From contig OZ059897.1 of NCBI GenBank assembly GCA_964057225.1, positions 4,836,001 to 4,900,000 of the forward strand: a DNA stretch of 64,000 nucleotides, written 5' to 3'. A model generated the notes under the pieces. It was not told where the DNA came from, did no database searches, and worked only from the letters and a program-made list of their open reading frames with translations. How positions within the stretch are numbered: position 1 is the stretch's first letter; the number at the start of each line of letters is the position of its first letter. Position numbers and translations under genes: made by a program. This stretch comes from Auanema rhodensis. Taxonomy: Eukaryota; Animalia; Nematoda. Shown here in pieces: positions 41,468 to 56,675 of the stretch.

Positions 41468-44459
41468 ACGTGTACATTTAATTAGCATAAATTAAAGTTC
41501 ACGTAAATTTCAAAGTCATGGTTACCATGCACCAATATCAATAAAAATTTGTTTTTAGACTAATATGGACATGGGGAATCTAATTTTGAAAACCGCATCT
41601 CTTTATCTTTCACGTGAAGCGAGTTACATACCAAGTGCACATCACGTGTACATTTAATTAGCATAAATTAAAGTTCACGTAAATTTCAAAGTCATGGTTA
41701 CCATGCACCAATATCAATAAAAATTTGTTATTAGACTAATATGGACATGGGGAATCTAATTTTGAAAACCGCATCTCTTTATCTTTCACGTGAAGCGAGT
41801 TACATACCAAGTGCACATCACGTGCACATTTAATTAGCATAAATTAAAGTTCACGTAAATTTCAAAGTCATGGTTACCATGCACCAATATCAATAAAAAT
41901 TTGTTTTTAGACTAATATGGACATGGGGAATCTAATTTTGAAAACCGCATCTCTTTATCTTTCACGTGAAGCAAGTTACGAACCAAGTGCACATCACGTG
42001 TACATTTAATTAGCATAAATTAAGGTTCACGTAAATTTCAAAGTCATGGTTACCATGCACCAATATCAATAAAAATTTGTTTTTAGACTAATATGGACAT
42101 GGGGAATCTAATTTTGAAAACCATATCTCTTTATCGTTCACGTGAAGCGAGTTACATACCAAGTGCACATCACGTGAACATTTAATTAGCATAAATTAAA
42201 GTTCACGTAAATTTCAAAGTCATGGTTACCATGCACCAATATCAATAAAAATTTGTTTTTAGACTAATATGGACATGGGGAATCTAATTTTGAAAACCGC
42301 ATCTCTTTATCTTTCACGTGAAGCGAGTTACATACCAAGTGCACATCACGTGTACATTTAATTAGCATAAATTAAAGTTCACGTAAATTTCAAACTCATG
42401 GTTACCATGCACCAATATCAATAAAAATTTGTTTTTAGACTAATATGGACATGGGGAATCTAATTTTGAAAACCGCATCTCTGTATCTTTCACGTGAAGC
42501 AAGTTACATACCAAGTGCACATCACGTGTACATTTAATTAGCATAAATTAAAGTTCACGTAAATTTCAAAGTCATGGTTACCATGCACCAATATCAATAA
42601 AAATTTGTTTTTAGACTAATATGGACATGGGGAATCTAATTTTGAAAACCGCATCTCTTTATCTTTCACGTGAAGCGAGTTACATACCAAGTGCACATCA
42701 CGTGTACATTTAATTAGCATAAATTAAAGTTCACGTAAATTTCAAAGTCATGGTTACCATGCACCAATATCAATAAAAATTTGTTTTTAGACTAATATGG
42801 ACATGGGGAAACTAATTTTGAAAACCGCATCTCTTTATCTTTCACGTGAAGCAAGTCACATACCAAGTGCACATCACGTGCACATTTAATTAGCATAAAT
42901 TAAAGTTCACGTAAATTTCAAACTCATGGTTACCATGCACCAATATCAATAAAAATTTGTTTTTAGACTAATATGAACATGGGGAATCTAATTTTGAAAA
43001 CCGCATCTCTTTATCTTTCACGTGAAGTGAGTTACATACCAAGTGCACATCACGTGTACATTTAATTAGCATAAATTAAAGTTCACGTAAATTTCAAAGT
43101 CATGGTTACCATGCACCAATAACAATAAAAATTTGTTTTTAGACTAATATGGACATGGGGAATCTAATTTTGAAAACCGCATCTCTTTATCTTTCACGTG
43201 AAGCGAGTTACATACCAAGTGCACATCACGTGTACATTTAATTAGCATAAATTAAAGTTCACGTAAATTTCAAAGTCATGGTTACCATGCACTAATATCA
43301 ATAAAAATTTGTTTTTAGACTAATATGGACATGGGGAATCTAATTTTGAAAACCGCATCTCTTTATCTTTCACGTGAAGCAAGTTACATACCAAGTGCAC
43401 ATCACGTGCACATTTAATTAGCATAAATTAAAGTTCACGTAAATTTCAAAGTCATGGTTACCATGCACCAATATCAATAAAAATTTGTTTTTAGACTAAT
43501 ATGGACATGGGGAATCTAATTTTGAAAACCGCGTCTCTTTATCTTTCACGTGAAGCAAGTTACGAACCAAGTGCACATCACGTGTACATTTAATGAGCAT
43601 AAATTAAGGTTCACGTAAATTTCAAAGTCATGGTTACCATGCACCAATATCAATAAAAATTTGTTTTTAGACTAATATGGACATGGGGAATCTAATTTTG
43701 AAAACCGCATCTCTTTATCTTTCACGTGAAGCGAGTTACATACCAAGTGCACATCACGTGAACATTTAATTAGCATAAATTAAAGTTCACGTAAATTTCA
43801 AAGTCATGGTTACCATGCACCAGTATCAATAAAAATTTGTTTTTAGACTAATATGGACATGGGGAATCTAATTTTGAAAACCGCATCTCTTTATCTTTCA
43901 CGTGAAGCGAGTTACATACCAAGTGCACATCACGTGTACATTTAATTAGCATAAATTAAAGTTCACGTAAATTTCAAAGTCATGGTTACCATGCACCAAT
44001 ATCAATAAAAATTTGTTTTTAGACTAATATGGACATGGGGAATCTAATTTTGGAAACCGCATCTCTTTATCTTTCACGTGAAGTGAGTTACATACCAAGT
44101 GCACATCACGTGTACATTTAATTAGCATAAATTAAAGTTCACGTAAATTTCAAAGTCATGGTTACCATGCACAAATATCAATAAAAATTTGTTTTTAGAC
44201 TAATATGGACATGGGGAATCTAATTTTGAAAACCGCATCTCTTTATCTTTCACGTGAAGCGAGTTACATACCAAGTGCACAGCACGTGTACATTTAATTA
44301 GCATAAATTAAAGTTCACGTAAATTTCAAAGTCATGGTTACCATGCACCAATATCAATAAAAATTTGTTTTTAGACTAATATGGACATGGGGAATCTAAT
44401 TTTGAAAACCGCATCTCTTTATCTTTCACGTGAAGTGAGTTACATACCAAGTGCACATC

Positions 44460-44601
44460 ACGTGTACATTTAATTAGCATAAATTAAAGTTCATATCAAT
44501 AAAAATTTGTTTTTAGACTAATATGGACATGGGGAATCTAATTTTGAAAACCGCATCTCTTTATCTTTCACGTGAAGCGAGTTACATACCAAGTGCACAG
44601 C
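44460..44601. repeat. 142-bp deletion monomer, copy 3
   Basis: Same junction at 44493/44494. Confidence 0.97.
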
Positions 44602-47065
44602 ACGTGTACATTTAATTAGCATAAATTAAAGTTCACGTAAATTTCAAAGTCATGGTTACCATGCACCAATATCAATAAAAATTTGTTTTTAGACTAATAT
44701 GGACATGGGGAATCTAATTTTGAAAACCGCATCTCTTTATCTTTCACGTGAAGCGAGTTACATACCAAGTGCACATCACGTGTACATTTAATTAGCATAA
44801 ATTAAAGTTCACGTAAATTTCAAAGTCATGGTTACCATGCACCAATATCAATAAAAATTTGTTATTAGACTAATATGGACATGGGGAATCTAATTTTGAA
44901 AACCGCATCTCTTTATCTTTCACGTGAAGCGAGTTACATACCAAGTGCACATCACGTGTACATTTAATTAGCATAAATTAAAGTTCACGTAAATTTCAAA
45001 GTCATGGTTACCATGCACCAATATCAATAAAAATTTGTTTTTAGACTAATATGGACATGGGGAATCTAATTTTGAAAACCGCATCTCTTTATCTTTCACG
45101 TGAAGCGAGTTACATACCAAGTGCACAGCACGTGTACATTTAATTAGCATAAATTAAAGTTCACGTAAATTTCAAACTCATGGTTACCATGCACCAATAT
45201 CAATAAAAATTTGTTTTTAGACTAATATGGACATGGGAAATCTAATTTTGAAAACCGCATCTCTTTATCTTTCACGTGAAGCGAGTTACATACCAAGTGC
45301 ACAGCACGTGTACATTTAATTAGCATAAATTAAAGTTCACGTAAATTTCAAAGTCATGGTTACCATGCACCAATATCAATAAAAATTTGTTTTTAGACTA
45401 ATATGGACATGGGGAATCTAATTTTGAAAACCGCATCTCTTTATCTTTCACGTGAAGCGAGTTACATACCAAGTGCACATCACGTGTACATTTAATTAGC
45501 ATAAATTAAAGTTCACGTAAATTTCAAAGTCATGGTTACCATGCACCAATATCAATAAAAATTTGTTTTTAGACTAATATGGACATGGGGAATCTAATTT
45601 TGAAAACCGCATCTCTTTATCTTTCACGTGAAGCGAGTTACATACCAAGTGCACATCACGTGTACATTTAATTAGCATAAATTAAAGTTCACGTAAATTT
45701 CAAAGTCATGGTTACCATGCACCAATATCAATAAAAATTTGTTTTTAGACTAATATGGACATGGGGAATCTAATTTTGAAAACCGCATCTCTTTATCTTT
45801 CACGTGAAGTGAGTTACATACCAAGTGCACATCACGTGTACATTTAATTAGCATAAATTAAAGTTCACGTAAATTTCAAAGTCATGGTTACCATGCACCA
45901 ATATCAATAAAAATTTGTTTTTAGACTAATATGGACATGGGGAATCTAATTTTGAAAACCGCATCTCTTTATCTTTCACGTGAAGCGAGTTACATACCAA
46001 GTGCACATCACGTGTACATTTAATTAGCATAAATTAAAGTTCACGTAAATTTCAAAGTCATGGTTACCATGCACCAATATCAATAAAAATTTGTTTTTAG
46101 ACTAATATGGACATGGGGAAACTAATTTTGAAAACCGCATCTCTTTATCTTTCACGTGAAGCAAGTCACATACCAAGTGCACATCACGTGCACATTTAAT
46201 TAGCATAAATTAAAGTTCACGTAAATTTCAAACTCATGGTTACCATGCACCAATATCAATAAAAATTTGTTTTTAGACTAATATGGACATGGGGAATCTA
46301 ATTTTGAAAACCGCATCTCTTTATCTTTCACGTGAAGTGAGTTACATACCAAGTGCACATCACGTGTACATTTAATTAGCATAAATTAAAGTTCACGTAA
46401 ATTTCAAAGTCATGGTTACCATGCACCAATATCAATAAAAATTTGTTTTTAGACTAATATGGACATGGGGAATCTAATTTTGAAAACCGCATCTCTTTAT
46501 CTTTCACGTGAAGCGAGTTACATACCAAGTGCACAGCACGTGTACATTTAATTAGCATAAATTAAAGTTCACGTAAATTTCAAAGTCATGGTTACCATGC
46601 ACCAATATCAATAAAAATTTGTTTTTAGACTAATATGGACATGGGGAATCTAATTTTGGAAACCGCATCTCTTTATCTTTCACGTGAAGCGAGTTACATA
46701 CCAAGTGCACAGCACGTGTACATTTAATTAGCATAAATTAAAGTTCACGTAAATTTCAAACTCATGGTTACCATGCACCAATATCAATAAAAATTTGTTT
46801 TTAGACTAATATGGACATGGGGAATCGAATTTTGAAAACCGCATCTCTTTATCTTTCACGTGAAGCGAGTTACATACCAAGTGCACATCACGTGTACATT
46901 TAATTAGCATAAATTAAAGTTCACGTAAATTTCAAAGTCATGGTTACCATGCACCAATATCAATAAAAATTTGTTTTTAGACTAATATGGACATGGGGAA
47001 TCTAATTTTGAAAACCGCATCTCTTTATCTTTCACGTGAAGTGAGTTACATACCAAGTGCACATC

Positions 47066-47207
47066 ACGTGTACATTTAATTAGCATAAATTAAAGTTCAT
47101 ATCAATAAAAATTTGTTTTTAGACTAATATGGACATGGGGAATCTAATTTTGAAAACCGCATCTCTTTATCTTTCACGTGAAGCGAGTTACATACCAAGT
47201 GCACAGC
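47066..47207. repeat. 142-bp deletion monomer, copy 4
   Basis: Same junction at 47099/47100. Confidence 0.97.
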
Positions 47208-50200
47208 ACGTGTACATTTAATCAGCATAAATTAAAGTTCACGTAAATTTCAAAGTCATGGTTACCATGCACCAATATCAATAAAAATTTGTTTTTAGAC
47301 TAATATGGACATGGGGAATCTAATTTTGAAAACCGCATCTCTTTATCTTTCACGTGAAGCGAGTTACATACCAAGTGCACATCACGTGTACATTTAATTA
47401 GCATAAATTAAAGTTCACGTAAATTTCAAAGTCATGGTTACCATGCACCAATATCAATAAAAATTTGTTATTAGACTAATATGGACATGGGGAATCTAAT
47501 TTTGAAAACCGCATCTCTTTATCTTTCACGTGAAGCGAGTTACATACCAAGTGCACATCACGTGCACATTTAATTAGCATAAATTAAAGTTCACGTAAAT
47601 TTCAAAGTCATGGTTACCATGCACCAATATCAATAAAAATTTGTTTTTAGACTAATATGGACATGGGGAATCTAATTTTGAAAACCGCATCTCTTTATCT
47701 TTCACGTGAAGCAAGTTACGAACCAAGTGCACATCACGTGTACATTTAATTAGCATAAATTAAGGTTCACGTAAATTTCAAAGTCATGGTTACCATGCAC
47801 CAATATCAATAAAAATTTGTTTTTAGACTAATATGGACATGGGGAATCTAATTTTGAAAACCGCATCTCTTTATCGTTCACGTGAAGCGAGTTACATACC
47901 AAGTGCACATCACGTGAACATTTAATTAGCATAAATTAAAGTTCACGTAAATTTCAAAGTCATGGTTACCATGCACCAATATCAATAAAAATTTGTTTTT
48001 AGACTAATATGGACATGGGGAATCTAATTTTGAAAACCGCATCTCTGTATCTTTCACGTGAAGCAAGTTACATACCAAGTGCACATCACGTGTACATTTA
48101 ATTAGCATAAATTAAAGTTCACGTAAATTTCAAAGTCATGGTTACCATGCACCAATATCAATAAAAATTTGTTTTTAGACTAATATGGACATGGGGAATC
48201 TAATTTTGAAAACCGCATCTCTTTATCTTTCACGTGAAGCGAGTTACATACCAAGTGCACATCACGTGTACATTTAATTAGCATAAATTAAAGTTCACGT
48301 AAATTTCAAAGTCATGGTTACCATGCACCAATATCAATAAAAATTTGTTTTTAGACTAATATGGACATGGGGAAACTAATTTTGAAAACCGCATCTCTTT
48401 ATCTTTCACGTGAAGCAAGTCACATACCAAGTGCACATCACGTGCACATTTAATTAGCATAAATTAAAGTTCACGTAAATTTCAAACTCATGGTTACCAT
48501 GCACCAATATCAATAAAAATTTGTTTTTAGACTAATATGAACATGGGGAATCTAATTTTGAAAACCGCATCTCTTTATCTTTCACGTGAAGTGAGTTACA
48601 TACCAAGTGCACATCACGTGTACATTTAATTAGCATAAATTAAAGTTCACGTAAATTTCAAAGTCATGGTTACCATGCACCAATAACAATAAAAATTTGT
48701 TTTTAGACTAATATGGACATGGGGAATCTAATTTTGAAAACCGCATCTCTTTATCTTTCACGTGAAGCGAGTTACATACCAAGTGCACATCACGTGTACA
48801 TTTAATTAGCATAAATTAAAGTTCACGTAAATTTCAAAGTCATGGTTACCATGCACCAATATCAATAAAAATTTGTTTTTAGACTAATATGGACATGGGG
48901 AATCTAATTTTGAAAACCGCATCTCTTTATCTTTCACGTGAAGCGAGTTACATACCAAGTGCACATCACGTGAACATTTAATTAGCATAAATTAAAGTTC
49001 ACGTAAATTTCAAAGTCATGGTTACCATGCACCAATATCAATAAAAATTTGTTTTTAGACTAATATGGACATGGGGAATCTAATTTTGAAAACCGCATCT
49101 CTTTATCTTTCACGTGAAGCGAGTTACATACCAAGTGCACATCACGTGTACATTTAATTAGCATAAATTAAAGTTCACGTAAATTTCAAAGTCATGGTTA
49201 CCATGCACCAATATCAATAAAAATTTGTTTTTAGACTAATATGGACATGGGGAATCTAATTTTGAAAACCGCATCTCTTTATCTTTCACGTGAAGCAAGT
49301 TACGAACCAAGTGCACATCACGTGTACATTTAATTAGCATAAATTAAGGTTCACGTAAATTTCAAAGTCATGGTTACCATGCACCAATATCAATAAAAAT
49401 TTGTTTTTAGACTAATATGGACATGGGGAATCTAATTTTGAAAACCGCATCTCTTTATCGTTCACGTGAAGCGAGTTACATACCAAGTGCACATCACGTG
49501 AACATTTAATTAGCATAAATTAAAGTTCACGTAAATTTCAAAGTCATGGTTACCATGCACCAATATCAATAAAAATTTGTTTTTAGACTAATATGGACAT
49601 GGGGAATCTAATTTTGAAAACCGCATCTCTGTATCTTTCACGTGAAGCAAGTTACATACCAAGTGCACATCACGTGTACATTTAATTAGCATAAATTAAA
49701 GTTCACGTAAATTTCAAAGTCATGGTTACCATGCACCAATATCAATAAAAATTTGTTTTTAGACTAATATGGACATGGGGAATCTAATTTTGAAAACCGC
49801 ATCTCTTTATCTTTCACGTGAAGCGAGTTACATACCAAGTGCACATCACGTGTACATTTAATTAGCATAAATTAAAGTTCACGTAAATTTCAAAGTCATG
49901 GTTACCATGCACCAATATCAATAAAAATTTGTTTTTAGACTAATATGGACATGGGGAAACTAATTTTGAAAACCGCATCTCTTTATCTTTCACGTGAAGC
50001 AAGTCACATACCAAGTGCACATCACGTGCACATTTAATTAGCATAAATTAAAGTTCACGTAAATTTCAAACTCATGGTTACCATGCACCAATATCAATAA
50101 AAATTTGTTTTTAGACTAATATGAACATGGGGAATCTAATTTTGAAAACCGCATCTCTTTATCTTTCACGTGAAGTGAGTTACATACCAAGTGCACATCA

Positions 50201-51783
50201 CGTGTACATTTAATTAGCATAAATTAAAGTTCACGTAAATTTCAAAGTCATGGTTACCATGCACCAATAACAATAAAAATTTGTTTTTAGACTAATATGG
50301 ACATGGGGAATCTAATTTTGAAAACCGCATCTCTTTATCTTTCACGTGAAGTGAGTTACATACCAAGTGCACATCACGTGTACATTTAATTAGCATAAAT
50401 TAAAGTTCACGTAAATTTCAAAGTCATGGTTACCATGCACCAATATCAATAAAAATTTGTTTTTAGACTAATATGGACATGGGGAATCTAATTTTGAAAA
50501 CCGCATCTCTGTATCTTTCACGTGAAGCAAGTTACATACCAAGTGCACATCACGTGTACATTTAATTAGCATAAATTAAAGTTCACGTAAATTTCAAAGT
50601 CATGGTTACCATGCACCAATATCAATAAAAATTTGTTTTTAGACTAATATGGACATGGGGAATCTAATTTTGAAAACCGCATCTCTTTATCTTTCACGTG
50701 AAGCGAGTTACATACCAAGTGCACATCACGTGTACATTTAATTAGCATAAATTAAAGTTCACGTAAATTTCAAAGTCATGGTTACCATGCACCAATATCA
50801 ATAAAAATTTGTTTTTAGACTAATATGGACATGGGGAAACTAATTTTGAAAACCGCATCTCTTTATCTTTCACGTGAAGCAAGTCACATACCAAGTGCAC
50901 ATCACGTGCACATTTAATTAGCATAAATTAAAGTTCACGTAAATTTCAAACTCATGGTTACCATGCACCAATATCAATAAAAATTTGTTTTTAGACTAAT
51001 ATGAACATGGGGAATCTAATTTTGAAAACCGCATCTCTTTATCTTTCACGTGAAGTGAGTTACATACCAAGTGCACATCACGTGTACATTTAATTAGCAT
51101 AAATTAAAGTTCACGTAAATTTCAAAGTCATGGTTACCATGCACCAATAACAATAAAAATTTGTTTTTAGACTAATATGGACATGGGGAATCTAATTTTG
51201 AAAACCGCATCTCTTTATCTTTCACGTGAAGCGAGTTACATACCAAGTGCACATCACGTGTACATTTAATTAGCATAAATTAAAGTTCACGTAAATTTCA
51301 AAGTCATGGTTACCATGCACCAATATCAATAAAAATTTGTTTTTAGACTAATATGGACATGGGGAATCTAATTTTGAAAACCGCATCTCTTTATCTTTCA
51401 CGTGAAGCGAGTTACATACCAAGTGCACATCACGTGAACATTTAATTAGCATAAATTAAAGTTCACGTAAATTTCAAAGTCATGGTTACCATGCACCAAT
51501 ATCAATAAAAATTTGTTTTTAGACTAATATGGACATGGGGAATCTAATTTTGAAAACCGCATCTCTTTATCTTTCACGTGAAGCGAGTTACATACCAAGT
51601 GCACATCACGTGTACATTTAATTAGCATAAATTAAAGTTCACGTAAATTTCAAAGTCATGGTTACCATGCACCAATATCAATAAAAATTTGTTTTTAGAC
51701 TAATATGGACATGGGGAATCTAATTTTGAAAACCGCATCTCTTTATCTTTCACGTGAAGTGAGTTACATACCAAGTGCACATC

Positions 51784-51925
51784 ACGTGTACATTTAATTA
51801 GCATAAATTAAAGTTCATATCAATAAAAATTTGTTTTTAGACTAATATGGACATGGGGAATCTAATTTTGAAAACCGCATCTCTTTATCTTTCACGTGAA
51901 GCGAGTTACATACCAAGTGCACAGC
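51784..51925. repeat. 142-bp deletion monomer, copy 5
   Basis: Same junction at 51817/51818. Confidence 0.97.
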
Positions 51926-54565
51926 ACGTGTACATTTAATTAGCATAAATTAAAGTTCACGTAAATTTCAAAGTCATGGTTACCATGCACCAATATCAAT
52001 AAAAATTTGTTTTTAGACTAATATGGACATGGGGAATCTAATTTTGAAAACCGCATCTCTTTATCTTTCACGTGAAGCGAGTTACATACCAAGTGCACAT
52101 CACGTGTACATTTAATTAGCATAAATTAAAGTTCACGTAAATTTCAAAGTCATGGTTACCATGCACCAATATCAATAAAAATTTGTTATTAGACTAATAT
52201 GGACATGGGGAATCTAATTTTGAAAACCGCATCTCTTTATCTTTCACGTGAAGCGAGTTACATACCAAGTGCACATCACGTGTACATTTAATTAGCATAA
52301 ATTAAAGTTCACGTAAATTTCAAAGTCATGGTTACCATGCACCAATATCAATAAAAATTTGTTTTTAGACTAATATGGACATGGGGAATCTAATTTTGAA
52401 AACCGCATCTCTTTATCTTTCACGTGAAGTGAGTTACATACCAAGTGCACATCACGTGTACATTTAATTAGCATAAATTAAAGTTCACGTAAATTTCAAA
52501 GTCATGGTTACCATGCACCAATATCAAAAAAAATTTGTTTTTAGACTAATATGGACATGGGGAATCTAATTTTGAAAACCGCATCTCTTTATCTTTCACG
52601 TGAAGCGAGTTACATACCAAGTGCACATCACGTGTACATTTAATTAGCATAAATTAAAGTTCACGTAAATTTCAAACTCATGGTTACCATGCACCAATAT
52701 CAATAAAAATTTGTTTTTAGACTAATATGGACATGGGAAATCTAATTTTGAAAACCGCATCTCTTTATCTTTCACGTGAAGCGAGTTACATACCAAGTGC
52801 ACAGCACGTGTACATTTAATTAGCATAAATTAAAGTTCACGTAAATTTCAAAGTCATGGTTACCATGCACCAATATCAATAAAAATTTGTTTTTAGACTA
52901 ATATGGACATGGGGAATCTAATTTTGAAAACCGCATCTCTTTATCTTTCACGTGAAGCGAGTTACATACCAAGTGCACATCACGTGTACATTTAATTAGC
53001 ATAAATTAAAGTTCACGTAAATTTCAAAGTCATGGTTACCATGCACCAATATCAATAAAAATTTGTTTTTAGACTAATATGGACATGGGGAATCTAATTT
53101 TGAAAACCGCATCTCTTTATCTTTCACGTGAAGCGAGTTACATACCAAGTGCACATCACGTGTACATTTAATTAGCATAAATTAAAGTTCACGTAAATTT
53201 CAAAGTCATGGTTACCATGCACCAATATCAATAAAAATTTGTTTTTAGACTAATATGGACATGGGGAATCTAATTTTGAAAACCGCATCTCTTTATCTTT
53301 CACGTGAAGTGAGTTACATACCAAGTGCACATCACGTGTACATTTAATTAGCATAAATTAAAGTTCACGTAAATTTCAAAGTCATGGTTACCATGCACCA
53401 ATATCAATAAAAATTTGTTTTTAGACTAATATGGACATGGGGAATCTAATTTTGAAAACCGCATCTCTTTATCTTTCACGTGAAGCGAGTTACATACCAA
53501 GTGCACATCACGTGTACATTTAATTAGCATAAATTAAAGTTCACGTAAATTTCAAAGTCATGGTTACCATGCACCAATATCAATAAAAATTTGTTTTTAG
53601 ACTAATATGGACATGGGGAAACTAATTTTGAAAACCGCATCTCTTTATCTTTCACGTGAAGCAAGTCACATACCAAGTGCACATCACGTGCACATTTAAT
53701 TAGCATAAATTAAAGTTCACGTAAATTTCAAACTCATGGTTACCATGCACCAATATCAATAAAAATTTGTTTTTAGACTAATATGGACATGGGGAATCTA
53801 ATTTTGAAAACCGCATCTCTTTATCTTTCACGTGAAGTGAGTTACATACCAAGTGCACATCACGTGTACATTTAATTAGCATAAATTAAAGTTCACGTAA
53901 ATTTCAAAGTCATGGTTACCATGCACCAATATCAATAAAAATTTGTTTTTAGACTAATATGGACATGGGGAATCTAATTTTGAAAACCGCATCTCTTTAT
54001 CTTTCACGTGAAGCGAGTTACATACCAAGTGCACAGCACGTGTACATTTAATTAGCATAAATTAAAGTTCACGTAAATTTCAAAGTCATGGTTACCATGC
54101 ACCAATATCAATAAAAATTTGTTTTTAGACTAATATGGACATGGGGAATCTAATTTTGAAAACCGCATCTCTTTATCTTTCACGTGAAGCGAGTTACATA
54201 CCAAGTGCACAGCACGTGTACATTTAATTAGCATAAATTAAAGTTCACGTAAATTTCAAAGTCATGGTTACCATGCACCAATATCAATAAAAATTTGTTT
54301 TTAGACTAATATGGACATGGGGAATCTAATTTTGAAAACCGCATCTCTTTATCTTTCACGTGAAGCGAGTTACATACCAAGTGCACATCACGTGTACATT
54401 TAATTAGCATAAATTAAAGTTCACGTAAATTTCAAAGTCATGGTTACCATGCACCAATATCGATAAAAATTTGTTTTTAGACTAATATGGACATGGGGAA
54501 TCTAATTTTGAAAACCGCATCTCTTTATCTTTCACGTGAAGCGAGTTACATACCAAGTGCACATC

Positions 54566-56675
54566 ACGTTTACATTTAATTAGCATAAATTAAAGTTCAC
54601 GTAAATTTCAAAGTCATGGTTACCATGCACCAATATCAATAAAAATTTGTTTTTAGACTAATATGGACATGGGGAATCTAATTTTGAAAACCGCATCTCT
54701 TTATCTTTCACGTGAAGTGAGTTACATACCAAGTGCACATCACGTGTACATTTAATTAGCATAAATTAAAGTTCACGTAAACTTCAAAGTCATGGTTACC
54801 ATGCACCAATATCAATAAAAATTTGTTTTTAGACTAATATGGACATGGGGAATCTAATTTTGAAAACCGCATCTCTTTATCTTTCACGTGAAGCGAGTTA
54901 CATACCAAGTGCACATCACGTGTACATTTAATTAGCATAAATTAAAGTTCACGTAAATTTCAAAGTCATGGTTACCATGCACCAATATCAATAAAAATTT
55001 GTTTTTAGACTAATATGGACATGGGGAAACTAATTTTGAAAACCGCATCTCTTTATCTTTCACGTGAAGCAAGTCACATACCAAGTGCACATCACGTGCA
55101 CATTTAATTAGCATAAATTAAAGTTCACGTAAATTTCAAACTCATGGTTACCATGCACCAATATCAATAAAAATTTGTTTTTAGACTAATATGGACATGG
55201 GGAATCTAATTTTGAAAACCGCATCTCTTTATCTTTCACGTGAAGTGAGTTACATACCAAGTGCACATCACGTGTACATTTAATTAGCATAAATTAAAGT
55301 TCACGTAAATTTCAAAGTCATGGTTACCATGCACCAATAACAATAAAAATTTGTTTTTAGACTAATATGGACATGGGGAATCTAATTTTGAAAACCGCAT
55401 CTCTTTATCTTTCACGTGAAGCGAGTTACATACCAAGTGCACATCACGTGTACATTTAATTAGCATAAATTAAAGTTCACGTAAATTTCAAAGTCATGGT
55501 TACCATGCACCAATATCAATAAAATTTGTTTTTAGACTAATATGGACATGGGGAATCTAATTTTGAAAACCGCATCTCTTTATCTTTCACGTGAAGCGAG
55601 TTACATACCAAGTGCACATCACGTGTACATTTAATTAGCATAAATTAAAGTTCACGTAAATTTCAAAGTCATGGTTACCATGCACCAATATCAATAAAAA
55701 TTTGTTTTTAGACTAATATGGACATGGGGAATCTAATTTTGAAAACCGCATCTCTTTATCTTTCACGTGAAGTGAGTTACATACCAAGTGCACATCACGT
55801 GTACATTTAATTAGCATAAATTAAAGTTCACGTAAATTTCAAAGTCATGGTTACCATGCACCAATATCAATAAAAATTTGTTTTTAGACTAATATGGACA
55901 TGGGGAATCTAATTTTGAAAACCGCATCTCTTTATCTTTCACGTGAAGCGAGTTACATACCAAGTGCACATCACGTGTACATTTAATTAGCATAAATTAA
56001 AGTTCACGTAAATTTCAAAGTCATGGTTACCATGCACCAATATCAATAAAAATTTGTTTTTAGACTAATATGGACATGGGGAAACTAATTTTGAAAACCG
56101 CATCTCTTTATCTTTCACGTGAAGCAAGTCACATACCAAGTGCACATCACGTGCACATTTAATTAGCATAAATTAAAGTTCACGTAAATTTCAAACTCAT
56201 GGTTACCATGCACCAATATCAATAAAAATTTGTTTTTAGACTAATATGGACATGGGGAATCTAATTTTGAAAACCGCATCTCTTTATCTTTCACGTGAAG
56301 TGAGTTACATACCAAGTGCACATCACGTGTACATTTAATTAGCATAAATTAAAGTTCACGTAAATTTCAAAGTCATGGTTACCATGCACCAATAACAATA
56401 AAAATTTGTTTTTAGACTAATATGGACATGGGGAATCTAATTTTGAAAACCGCATCTCTTTATCTTTCACGTGAAGCGAGTTACATACCAAGTGCACATC
56501 ACGTGTACATTTAATTAGCATAAATTAAAGTTCACGTAAATTTCAAAGTCATGGTTACCATGCACCAATATCAATAAAATTTGTTTTTAGACTAATATGG
56601 ACATGGGGAATCTAATTTTGAAAACCGCATCTCTTTATCTTTCACGTGAAGCGAGTTACATACCAAGTGCACATC
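54566..56675. repeat. Tandem duplication of a 6-monomer block (1055 bp x 2), each copy ending in a 175-bp monomer (A5>A4)
   Basis: 175-bp monomers start at 55446 and 56501. T112>A at 55029/56084 and the AATAAC variant recur at the same offset. Confidence 0.88.
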
